Below, piece after piece: positions 48,484 through 57,049 of a stretch of DNA of 64,000 nt. Each line of letters opens with the position of its first letter. The stretch's first letter is position 1. Position numbers and translations under genes: made by a program. This DNA comes from an uncultured Acidobacteriota bacterium. Lineage in GTDB: Bacteria > Acidobacteriota > Terriglobia > Versatilivoradales > Versatilivoraceae. The DNA is taken from NCBI GenBank assembly GCA_963803155.1, contig CAWDMN010000011.1, positions 32,264 to 96,263 on the forward strand, given 5' to 3'. The notes under the pieces were generated by a model. The model ran no database searches and was not told where the DNA came from. It worked only from the letters and a program-made list of their open reading frames with translations.

Positions 48484-49623
48484 ATGGTTCCAGTTGCAAG
48501 GACCGCCATCCGGCAAAAGCACATTCCAAACCGCGGCACAAAATCCAAAAACCCTCTCGTGACGAGGATAAAGAAAAATACCTGGTGGCTGCCTTTATCC
48601 TGCCTCCTCTTGGCGGGATGGGGAATGATGTGGCAGCCCAAGGCGATTGCGGCCCCTCCCAGTACCTCTGATTTATCGAGTGGTCAAGTAGAGACGCCTT
48701 CCCCCGGCGAAATTGTGTTGTTGCCGGATTATCTGCCTTTGCAGGTGGGCAACAAATGGACTTACCTTCACAAGGACAGCCGGTACCGCTCTTCAGACCG
48801 TATTAAGGTCGAAATTGTCAGCACCACGATCATCCAATGGAAGAGTTATTATGTTTTTAGCGCATTGCCTTTTGTCCCGGGACTGGACCAGTTGGGGACT
48901 CTATTCGTTCGCTATGATGAAGCGGCCCGCCGTTATGTCCGATTGACCAGGGAAGGGGAAGTTGCGCTGTTTCCCGTGGATCGCCAGTCTGACTCAAAAT
49001 TTGACCGTTCGGTGGATGAACAGGAGAAGCTGGTGGCGGGCCGCCTCAGCTACTTGACATGTGCCAGTTGTGCTTCGACGGGCGTGGAAATTGTTTTCGA
49101 CAAGGGGGTGGGCATCTCCGCCGTCGGAGGAACCTATTCCTGGGGTACTGACAGCTACACGCTAAAATCCGCCGTAGTAAGCGGCAAAAATATTGGCGAA
49201 CCTCCTGAAGAGGAAATCATTCAAAAGAAAAAGAGCCGGAAGGGACCGGTGATTAGCCGGGCTGATCCTGAACTCTTCCTGGAAATTAACAAGCGGGAGC
49301 ATGGCGCTTCCCTGATTCTCTGCGTGAAAAATCCCGCGGAGAATATGTTGAGCTTGAATTTTGAAACCAGCCAGAATTACGACTTCTTTGTTCGTGACCG
49401 GGAATCCGGCAAGGAGATTTGGCGCTGGTCAAAGGGGAATTATTTCTCCAGAGTAAACCGGAATTTAGCTTTGCTGCCCGGCCAGCAGTGGCGGTATGAG
49501 GAGTTTTGGGACTACAAAGACAATCAGCATTATTTGTTGGCTCCGGGTACTTATGAAGCGGTGGGCGCGTTGGTCACTCGCGAACCTAGGGAAACTCAGC
49601 CCGTCGAGATTACACTCCCTTGA
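48484..49623 (+). CDS. Secreted protein with a C-terminal BsuPI-like (intracellular proteinase inhibitor) domain
   Basis: Signal-like WWLPLSCLLLAGWGMMWQPKAIAAP. C-terminal LILCVKNPAENMLSLNFETSQNYDFFVRDRESGKEIWRWSKGNYFSRVNRNLALLPGQQWRYEEFWD fits the BsuPI domain pattern. Confidence 0.55.
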   Translation: MVPVARTAIRQKHIPNRGTKSKNPLVTRIKKNTWWLPLSCLLLAGWGMMWQPKAIAAPPSTSDLSSGQVETPSPGEIVLLPDYLPLQVGNKWTYLHKDSRYRSSDRIKVEIVSTTIIQWKSYYVFSALPFVPGLDQLGTLFVRYDEAARRYVRLTREGEVALFPVDRQSDSKFDRSVDEQEKLVAGRLSYLTCASCASTGVEIVFDKGVGISAVGGTYSWGTDSYTLKSAVVSGKNIGEPPEEEIIQKKKSRKGPVISRADPELFLEINKREHGASLILCVKNPAENMLSLNFETSQNYDFFVRDRESGKEIWRWSKGNYFSRVNRNLALLPGQQWRYEEFWDYKDNQHYLLAPGTYEAVGALVTREPRETQPVEITLP

Positions 49624-49880
49624 AAATCAATCAAGACGCCGGCCGGACAAGAGTTCTGGGGGTGGAGCGGGCCCGCGTGACAAAGTCACCCTGCGCACTT
49701 TCCCATTGCCAACGCGGCTTGCCATACAAAAGGCGGAGAGTCGAGGGACCTGCCACAATGCTGGCTCAGCCCGCATCGGCAAAGCAAGACAAGGTGGAAC
49801 ACGTACTCCGTCGCTCGATTTCAAGCAAACAGACAAGGAACCGCCCGCTCCAGCGACAATGGTAATTTAATCGCGAAGCC

Positions 49881-50516
49881 CTAGATCGGTTCCATCCAAA
49901 ACATGGTGGTGATCCTCAATAGCCGGATTGGTTGAGGTGTTCTCAGATACATGGAAAGTCTCCCCCAGAAGGATGGTTCCTTCCTGGGAGCTGAAGACTC
50001 AGGCTTTTTGGAATAGGGAGCAGGGGGGGCATCTTTAAAATGCGTCGCACAACCAAGGGGTTGTCGAGCAGCTTGAGCCAGGACAAATTCCGGAGTGGCG
50101 GCTTGAACCGGCGAGAGAATTGGCGCGCGCCGGTAAGCGGGAAGGTCAATGATTACCCACCCTTTTTTCTGATCCGACAATTTGAATCCCACCAGGCGCA
50201 CATTATTGCGGGGATCATAAAGACACCAGTGGACTCTGGCGGCAAAATTCCTGCCGTGAACGCTGGTCAGTTTAATGGGATTGCCCGGTCTAACGTCTCG
50301 ATCCATCACCAGGCAACCGCCTTCCCGGCAAACATTTCGGGTTTCCGTTTGAATGGCAAAACGATGTCCGTTTTCATCCCGCCCGGAGACTTCAAACCTG
50401 ACGCGCGCCGACACTCTTCTCGATTGGCGCCTGCTAACCCATCTGTTTCCTCTTTTATCTGACATGTATTTGATCGATGGGACTTGTTGGAATTTCGCAA
50501 CCATAAATCTTCCCAT
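49881..50516 (-). CDS. Hypothetical protein, possible PilZ-domain protein
   Basis: Arg-rich RRQSRRVSARVRFEV...TRNVCREGGCLV loosely fits PilZ RxxxR / (D/N)xSxxG motifs. Weak. Confidence 0.35.
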   Translation of the reverse strand: MGRFMVAKFQQVPSIKYMSDKRGNRWVSRRQSRRVSARVRFEVSGRDENGHRFAIQTETRNVCREGGCLVMDRDVRPGNPIKLTSVHGRNFAARVHWCLYDPRNNVRLVGFKLSDQKKGWVIIDLPAYRRAPILSPVQAATPEFVLAQAARQPLGCATHFKDAPPAPYSKKPESSAPRKEPSFWGRLSMYLRTPQPIRLLRITTMFWMEPI

Positions 50517-50793
50517 CCAGTGAACAGCAAATCCCGTGCCAAGAGGCAGCCTTCAGGGCAAAAAAAAACATCTTAGGGTAAACTCATTTAATTTGTTGAT
50601 TTTCAATGATTTGGTAATTTTTTTGCCGTTCGAATGCTTCAATTTGAGGATGGGAGGTCCAAATGGATCTTCAGTAAAGTGGAATCAATCTTCCACTTTA
50701 TTCCCTTTGCCCTTTCTTTAATAGGAATCTATTTGCACGGGAACCAAAAATATCTCCTCCAATATTTGAGGGGTAGAGCCTGTAAAATCGACT

Positions 50794-52689
50794 TCAATTA
50801 TTCGCTTGGCTCATCATTTCTTCCAACTGACTGCTCAGTCCGGAATGACGCTCCACCCTGTTTCTTACCGCTTGGCAAAAGATTTCAGGATTGCCGCAAA
50901 TGTGGATTCGCCGACGGGCCCTGGTAAGGGCGGTATAAATCAATTCGCGGCTGAGAAGTGGGGAAAATCGATCCGGCAGAATCAACAAAATCTCATCAAA
51001 CTCCGATCCCTGGCTTTTATGGACAGTCATGGCCCAAACAGGCTCATGTGAAGGGAGTCGCAAGGGAGATATTCTTCGGAATCCCCCTTCCACTTTGGGA
51101 AAAAAGACTTGGTGCGATTCGCTTTCATTCTCTTGAGAATCAGCTTGCCAAAATACAAATCCGACATCCCCATTGAATAGCTTTAACTGGTAATGATTTT
51201 GACTAACCATTATCGATTGACCCTGATACCATCCACCATGCCACTTCAAAATCTTTTGTGCATCCAGAAAGCCCTCCACCATCCGGTTCAGTCTTTCCAC
51301 TCCCCTGGGTCCCTGACGCAATGGGCTTAAGATACGGAATCGGGGAAAGGCCGAGGCTGCTTCTTCCGCCGAATTTACCCGGCACGCGGGACCGTAATGC
51401 TCCAAGACCATTTTTTGTAATAATTCAAAAAATTCCCGCTCTCCTTTTACATCTGTCCAGCAGAGATCGGGAAATGAGCCATTGGCAATGATTCCCAAAA
51501 CCTCTTTCTCGTCTCCCCGGTTGACCGCGCGACTCAACATGTAAATTCCACTGTTTGCGGAAAATCGATAATTTTTTTGAAGATGAACGATGGAATTTGT
51601 CGTGAGGTTTGAATGGACGGCGGATTCTATCCTTTCGTCGGTGGCGTTGCAAACCAATCGGCGGAAACCATTGGAATAGCGCGGAGAATTCCCTCCTCGT
51701 GTCAAGTCGCCAAAGACCCGGCCCGGTTCGATGGATGCCAACTGATCTTTATCGCCAAGCAGGATCAGCCGAGTGGAGTCCGACACCGCCTGCGTGAGTC
51801 GCGACATGAGGGAAAGGTCGATCATGGAAGCTTCATCGACCAAAACGAGATCATAGGGCAGCGGATTGGACTCGTTGTATCTCGCCATTACTGAATCCGG
51901 GTGGGCGCCCAGAAGGCGGTGAAGTGTAAATACCTCCAGGGGGATTCGATCCTGAATTGGCTGTGGGGGCGACATCTGGCTCAAGGACTCCTGCACTGCT
52001 TGTTTTAATCGTGTGGCGGCTTTCCCGGTCGGCGCCGCCAAAGCAATAGAACGGATGTTCTCCCCTGGAATCGTCAATAAAAAGAGGAGGATTTTAACCG
52101 CGGTGGTGGTCTTCCCCGTCCCCGGCCCACCCGTCAAAATCAAGAACTGGCTGCTCAGCGCGGCGAGTGCCGCCATCCGTTGCCAGTCTGCTCCTTCACC
52201 TGGAGGATCGGGGAAAAACGCCCTAAGGCTTTTCCGTACCTGAGTCCAATCGAATTCCATTTTCAATGGAGCGGTGAAACGGCGGCAGGCAAAGCGGGCC
52301 AGGTCGTTTTCATATTGCCAGTACCGGTGGAGATAAAGCCTCCCCTCGGAGTCAAGGATAAAGGGGCAAAATTCGCCGGGAGATCCGACCATTTTGGATT
52401 GTCTTAAGTGCTCAGCCCACTCTGAGGCCGAAGGCAGGTCGATGATCTCTTCCTTGCTCTTGGATAAAAAATTCAGGGAGGCATTTGAATACGAGGAAAG
52501 ATCCAAACAGACATGGCCCTGGCGAGTGAGGGAACTGAGGAGGATCGCCGCGGCTTTCAAGTAATCATTTGAGCTGTCGGCTAGACGGGAGATGAAATTG
52601 GCAAAGTGCCGGTCGAAATCTTCAAGCTGAATGGTTTCTGTTTTTTGCGAAGCGGGGGAAAAGTCCATCGATCCATTCCGAAGGGCCAT
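50794..52689 (-). CDS. recD: Exodeoxyribonuclease V alpha subunit RecD (RecD1-type SF1 helicase)
   Basis: 631 aa. Walker A LTGGPGTGKTT about 190 aa in, LVLVDEASMID (motif II) and a C-terminal helicase domain (VHKSQGSEF). Confidence 0.9.
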   Translation of the reverse strand: MALRNGSMDFSPASQKTETIQLEDFDRHFANFISRLADSSNDYLKAAAILLSSLTRQGHVCLDLSSYSNASLNFLSKSKEEIIDLPSASEWAEHLRQSKMVGSPGEFCPFILDSEGRLYLHRYWQYENDLARFACRRFTAPLKMEFDWTQVRKSLRAFFPDPPGEGADWQRMAALAALSSQFLILTGGPGTGKTTTAVKILLFLLTIPGENIRSIALAAPTGKAATRLKQAVQESLSQMSPPQPIQDRIPLEVFTLHRLLGAHPDSVMARYNESNPLPYDLVLVDEASMIDLSLMSRLTQAVSDSTRLILLGDKDQLASIEPGRVFGDLTRGGNSPRYSNGFRRLVCNATDERIESAVHSNLTTNSIVHLQKNYRFSANSGIYMLSRAVNRGDEKEVLGIIANGSFPDLCWTDVKGEREFFELLQKMVLEHYGPACRVNSAEEAASAFPRFRILSPLRQGPRGVERLNRMVEGFLDAQKILKWHGGWYQGQSIMVSQNHYQLKLFNGDVGFVFWQADSQENESESHQVFFPKVEGGFRRISPLRLPSHEPVWAMTVHKSQGSEFDEILLILPDRFSPLLSRELIYTALTRARRRIHICGNPEIFCQAVRNRVERHSGLSSQLEEMMSQANN

Positions 52690-52898
52690 CTGCGATAGTT
52701 TTCAGCCAACAGCTGTCAGCTTGGAGATTCGGATTTTACCTTATTGATTCCGGGACCCGATTTTCACAATCCGGAATTCGGCATTCAACAATCAACTTCC
52801 GGCTATCAGTTCGGACCGCAGTTCTGACCTTTTTCGATCCCATAATCCAAAATTCACATTTGAAAATTCACCATTCAAAATTTACAATGCGAAATTCA

Positions 52899-53429
52899 TT
52901 ATGTCCACCAATCGTCATAGCCGATCATTTTCCAAGCAGCTTTGTCCTTGTTGCCGCCATATTTGGGATGGCTGAAGACCGCCTGCAAGGTGTGATCGCG
53001 AATCATCTGAAAAAAAGCGGAAGGTTGGATCTTTTTCCAATGAGTCATCGGCAAGCTTCCCTGTTCCATTTTTTGCAGGAGACGGGTCTGTTCCTCAAAG
53101 GGAAGAGAATTGAAACTTTTCTTATGGAGCTCACGGCTGGCTTCATCCGTGGCTTTTAGTCCAGCGTGGTAAGGAGTCCACCATTCCGGGTGCGCCTTCT
53201 CCAGAATGTTTTCTAAAAAGTTGACGGCGCCTAACTCTTTTGCCCCGGGGAACTCATCCTTGGGAAAAATCTGTTCACAAAGTTCCCCCAGAATCTCTCT
53301 TTCCGAAGGGTCGAACCCCTTCCGTGGGGAAATGGATGACCTTGATGATTGTGCGGAAGCCAGAGAAGAGGGAGGAGCCACAGCGAGAGCACTTAAGAGG
53401 TAAAGAAAATCCCTTCGATTCACTTCCAT
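52899..53429 (-). CDS. Gluconate 2-dehydrogenase subunit 3 family protein (Tat-exported small subunit of GMC-type dehydrogenases)
   Basis: 176 aa. Tat signal MEVNRRDFLYLLSALAVAPPSS. Family-typical size and composition. Confidence 0.7.
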   Translation of the reverse strand: MEVNRRDFLYLLSALAVAPPSSLASAQSSRSSISPRKGFDPSEREILGELCEQIFPKDEFPGAKELGAVNFLENILEKAHPEWWTPYHAGLKATDEASRELHKKSFNSLPFEEQTRLLQKMEQGSLPMTHWKKIQPSAFFQMIRDHTLQAVFSHPKYGGNKDKAAWKMIGYDDWWT

Positions 53430-53866
53430 GTTTCATATCCTTTAGTTCTGAAAATAATTGAATTTCTCACTTAACAAATTTATTGATCCGGCGCCCGGCA
53501 AAAAACATGATGGACAGCAAGTATTCAGCCCCGAATCGGCCGTTAAAATAAGATGTTTCTTAGCTCTCGTTTTCTTTTCTGCATTCTTATCGTGAACCCT
53601 TGATATGGTATCCAAATGAGATACTCCCCTCAAGAAATGTTTTTGAATATTTGTCAAAAAAAAATGAACTTTCTATTTTAAGAATCCGTAAACTCTCCTG
53701 TTGATTATTGACAAAAGGACCGGTAAAGTCATTTTTCAATAATTGAGGGGAGCTAAGCATGCCATCACGGCAGGCTCAACAAGATGATGAAAACAAAGTG
53801 GGACGCGCGAGTGTGGCGAAGTCACCCTTCGCGCGCCACCTTTGCCCAGCTGAGATTCTTTGAGGA

Positions 53867-54202
53867 GTGACTATGGTCAAACCGGTGGATTTAATCCAAG
53901 GGACGTTGGACGTATTGATTCTCAAAACGATTGCGCTGGAGCCGATGCACGGATGGGGGATTGCCCAGCGGATCCGGCAGGTTTCCAATGAAGTGCTTCA
54001 AGTTAACCAGGGAGCCCTGTACCCCGCCTTGCACCGCCTCGAACAAAATGGCTGGATTCGAGCCAAATGGGGGGAATCCGAGAATAATCGCCGCGCCAAG
54101 TTTTATTCGATTACCCCGGCGGGACAAAATTATCTTGAGCAGGAGCAGGCCAACTGGCAAAGGCTTTCTTCCGCGATAGGTCTTGTTTTGGATATGTCAT
54201 AA
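53867..54202 (+). CDS. PadR-family transcriptional regulator
   Basis: 111 aa. LDVLILKTIALEPMHGWGIAQRI...NQGALYPALHRLEQNGWI is the canonical PadR winged helix-turn-helix. Confidence 0.9.
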   Translation: MTMVKPVDLIQGTLDVLILKTIALEPMHGWGIAQRIRQVSNEVLQVNQGALYPALHRLEQNGWIRAKWGESENNRRAKFYSITPAGQNYLEQEQANWQRLSSAIGLVLDMS

Positions 54203-54213
54203 GGAGGAAGGCC

Positions 54214-56922
54214 ATGAGGCGATGGATCTACAAACTGCCACTCCGATTTCGGTCCATATTTAGGAAAAGCTGTGTCGAAAGAGAATTGAGCGAAGAGCTT
54301 CGGTTTCATCTCGAAAAGCAGATGGAGAAATTTGTTGCCAAGGGCATGACCGAGAAAGAGGCTCGCTACGCGGCTCTGCGCGAGCTTGGTGGAGTGGAGC
54401 AAATTAAAGAGGAGTGCCGGGATATGCGCCGATTGAATTATCTTGAAAACTTTTTACAGGACATGCGCTATGGATTGCGCACGCTCTTGGCTAATCGGGC
54501 TTTTGCCGCAACCGTCGTGTTATCTCTTAGTCTGGGCATTGGCGCCAACATTGCAATTTTCAACGTTATTAATGCCGTGCTTCTGCGATCTCTGCCGGTG
54601 GAAGATCCCCATAGGCTCGTTCAGATCAAGATCGGAGAGGGGGGGGAGTTCACAAATCCACTCTGGGAGCAGGTTCGAGACCATCAGCAGGCCTTTTCAG
54701 GCGTTCTGGCTTACTCCGCGGAGCCCTTCGATCTGGCCGCTGGAGGGGAATGTCATTTTTCTAAAGGACTTTGGGTGAATGGCGATTTCTTTCATGTCCT
54801 CGGCGTACCTGCTTTGATGGGCCGCGTATTCATGCTGAACGACGATCGCCGTGGGGGCGGCTCCGCGGGTCCGGTGGCCGTCATCAGCTATAGTTTTTGG
54901 AAACAAAACTATGGGGGGGATCCCTCTATCGTTGGAAAAGTTGTACGATTGAATCGTCATCCATTTGTAATTGTGGGTGTGACTCCTCCTTGGTTTGCGG
55001 GTCTCGACGTGGATAAGGGTTACGATGTGGCCATCCCGATTGGATGCGAGCCCCTTCTACACGGTGACGGCAGCGCCTTAGACCAAGGAGATATTTGGTG
55101 GCTGCGAATCCTGGGACGGATTTCTCCCGGATTAAACATCCAGCAAGCGGAAGAGCGGATGAAAGCCATTGCCCCGGAAATCTTTCGTGCCACGCTTCCT
55201 CCGGACTATTTTGGCCAGGATCAGAAAGAGTATTTGCACAACTCCTTTTCTTTGAGTGCGGCCGCTACGGGTTTTTCTGAGACCGGGGCCCAGTACAGAA
55301 AGGCGTTGTTCATGCTGATGGCAATCGTGGGTGTGGTCCTCCTGGTGGCGTGTGCGAATATTGCCAATTTGTTGCTCTCTCGGGCGGCGGCACGCCAGCG
55401 AGAAATCTCGGTGCGGATGGCCATGGGCGCCGGCCGCTCCCGCGTCATCCGTCAGCTCCTGACTGAAAGCCTCCTCCTTTCAGTCCTGGGGACGGGGGGA
55501 GGTTTTCTTTTGGCGATGTGGGGGAGCAAGCTTTTGATCCGGTTGATTTCCACCACAAGCAATCAGTTGGAAATCAATCTTTCTCCTGATGGGCATTTGA
55601 TGACCTTCACCGTGGCCATTGCGATCCTGACCACTCTCCTCTTCGGGCTTGCCCCGGCCTTTCGCGCGACTCGCGTTGGACTTCATCAGGTCCTCAAAGA
55701 GAATGTGGGCGGCGCCATCCAGGGTTCGACCCGGTTCAATCTCGGCAAAGCGCTGGTGGTTGGCCAGATCGCATTGTCGCTCATATTGCTGATCGGTGCT
55801 TTCCTCTTCCTTGGAACACTTAGGAACCTTTTGAATATTGATTTAGGCTTCAGTCGTCACAATGTTTTATTGGTGAATGCAAACACCGGACAAACCTCTC
55901 TTCTCAAAACTCAGCAGGCTCGGCTCTACCGGGATATCCTGGACCACTTGAGGCTTATTCCAGGCGTTGAATCGGCTTCGTATTCGTTTATTACTCCGAT
56001 CAGCGACAGGGGCTGGAATTCCAGGACTTATCCCGAAGGGTTTGCGGCAAAATCCCGCGAAGATACCCTGGTATGGCTCAACCGGATTTCCTCTGGCTTT
56101 TTTACGACCCTGCAGACTCCCCTTTTGCTGGGCAGAGATTTCGATGAGCGGGATACCCCGAATTCTCCGCGAGTCATAATTATTAATGAATCGGTTGCCC
56201 GGCATTTCTTTGGGAAAACCTATCCCATTGGAAAAACCATTGGAATGGATAAGCCGGGCAATGCTGGAGGCGCAAGAGACCTATATCAGGTCGTTGGGAT
56301 TGTCAAGGACGCCAAATATGGTCGAATGATTGAAGCAAAGCCGAGAACGGCCTACCTGGCGTGTTCCCAGGATATGGAGCCGAAAATTCTAATGAGCTTT
56401 GAAGTTCGCGGGAACGGCGCCGTGGAATCGTTGATTCCCTCGATCCGCTCAGCCATTACCGAGATCAATCGAGACGTCTCGTTGGAATTCCGGAACTTCG
56501 AAACCCAAGTGAGCGAATCCTTGCTGCAACCAAGAATCGTGGCGATGCTTTCATCCGTATTCGGAGGATTAGCTCTTCTGTTGTCCGTGGTTGGACTTTA
56601 CGGAATCACCGCTTATGCCGTCGCACGCCGGCGGCGGGAAATCGGTATTCGGATTGCACTCGGAGCCCCTCAATGGTCTGTAGTTTGGCTGATGCTGAGG
56701 GATATGGCGATTTTACTGGCGATTGGAACTGCCATTGGTCTAATGGTTTCTCTTGCCTTGGGACGCGTGATCATGAGTCTTCTCTATGGTGTCCAGCCGA
56801 ACGATCCCATGCATTTGGCTGGCGCAACGCTGATTCTCATGATTGCCGCCGGCATTGCTGCTTACCTGCCCGCGCGGCGGACATTGCGGCTTGACCCAAT
56901 GACCGTATTGCGCGATGAGTAG
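54214..56922 (+). CDS. ADOP-family duplicated FtsX permease (MacB-like ABC transporter permease, 'acidobacterial duplicated orphan permease')
   Basis: 902 aa. Conserved N-terminus MRRWIYKLPLRFRSIFRK...ELSEELRFHLE, two MacB_PCD plus FtsX modules (8 transmembrane segments total). Start codon 9 nt after padR stop. Confidence 0.9.
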   Translation: MRRWIYKLPLRFRSIFRKSCVERELSEELRFHLEKQMEKFVAKGMTEKEARYAALRELGGVEQIKEECRDMRRLNYLENFLQDMRYGLRTLLANRAFAATVVLSLSLGIGANIAIFNVINAVLLRSLPVEDPHRLVQIKIGEGGEFTNPLWEQVRDHQQAFSGVLAYSAEPFDLAAGGECHFSKGLWVNGDFFHVLGVPALMGRVFMLNDDRRGGGSAGPVAVISYSFWKQNYGGDPSIVGKVVRLNRHPFVIVGVTPPWFAGLDVDKGYDVAIPIGCEPLLHGDGSALDQGDIWWLRILGRISPGLNIQQAEERMKAIAPEIFRATLPPDYFGQDQKEYLHNSFSLSAAATGFSETGAQYRKALFMLMAIVGVVLLVACANIANLLLSRAAARQREISVRMAMGAGRSRVIRQLLTESLLLSVLGTGGGFLLAMWGSKLLIRLISTTSNQLEINLSPDGHLMTFTVAIAILTTLLFGLAPAFRATRVGLHQVLKENVGGAIQGSTRFNLGKALVVGQIALSLILLIGAFLFLGTLRNLLNIDLGFSRHNVLLVNANTGQTSLLKTQQARLYRDILDHLRLIPGVESASYSFITPISDRGWNSRTYPEGFAAKSREDTLVWLNRISSGFFTTLQTPLLLGRDFDERDTPNSPRVIIINESVARHFFGKTYPIGKTIGMDKPGNAGGARDLYQVVGIVKDAKYGRMIEAKPRTAYLACSQDMEPKILMSFEVRGNGAVESLIPSIRSAITEINRDVSLEFRNFETQVSESLLQPRIVAMLSSVFGGLALLLSVVGLYGITAYAVARRRREIGIRIALGAPQWSVVWLMLRDMAILLAIGTAIGLMVSLALGRVIMSLLYGVQPNDPMHLAGATLILMIAAGIAAYLPARRTLRLDPMTVLRDE

Positions 56923-57049
56923 CTAGGCGGCAAAGGGAAGATCGCCGCACTTTTTGACTCTTTAAGATTGGCTCAGGCGGTCAATAAAGCAGTGTGGTAC
57001 CGCTGCCGGCATGGGTCTTATTTTGAATTGGCCATAAGGAGGGAAGGCG

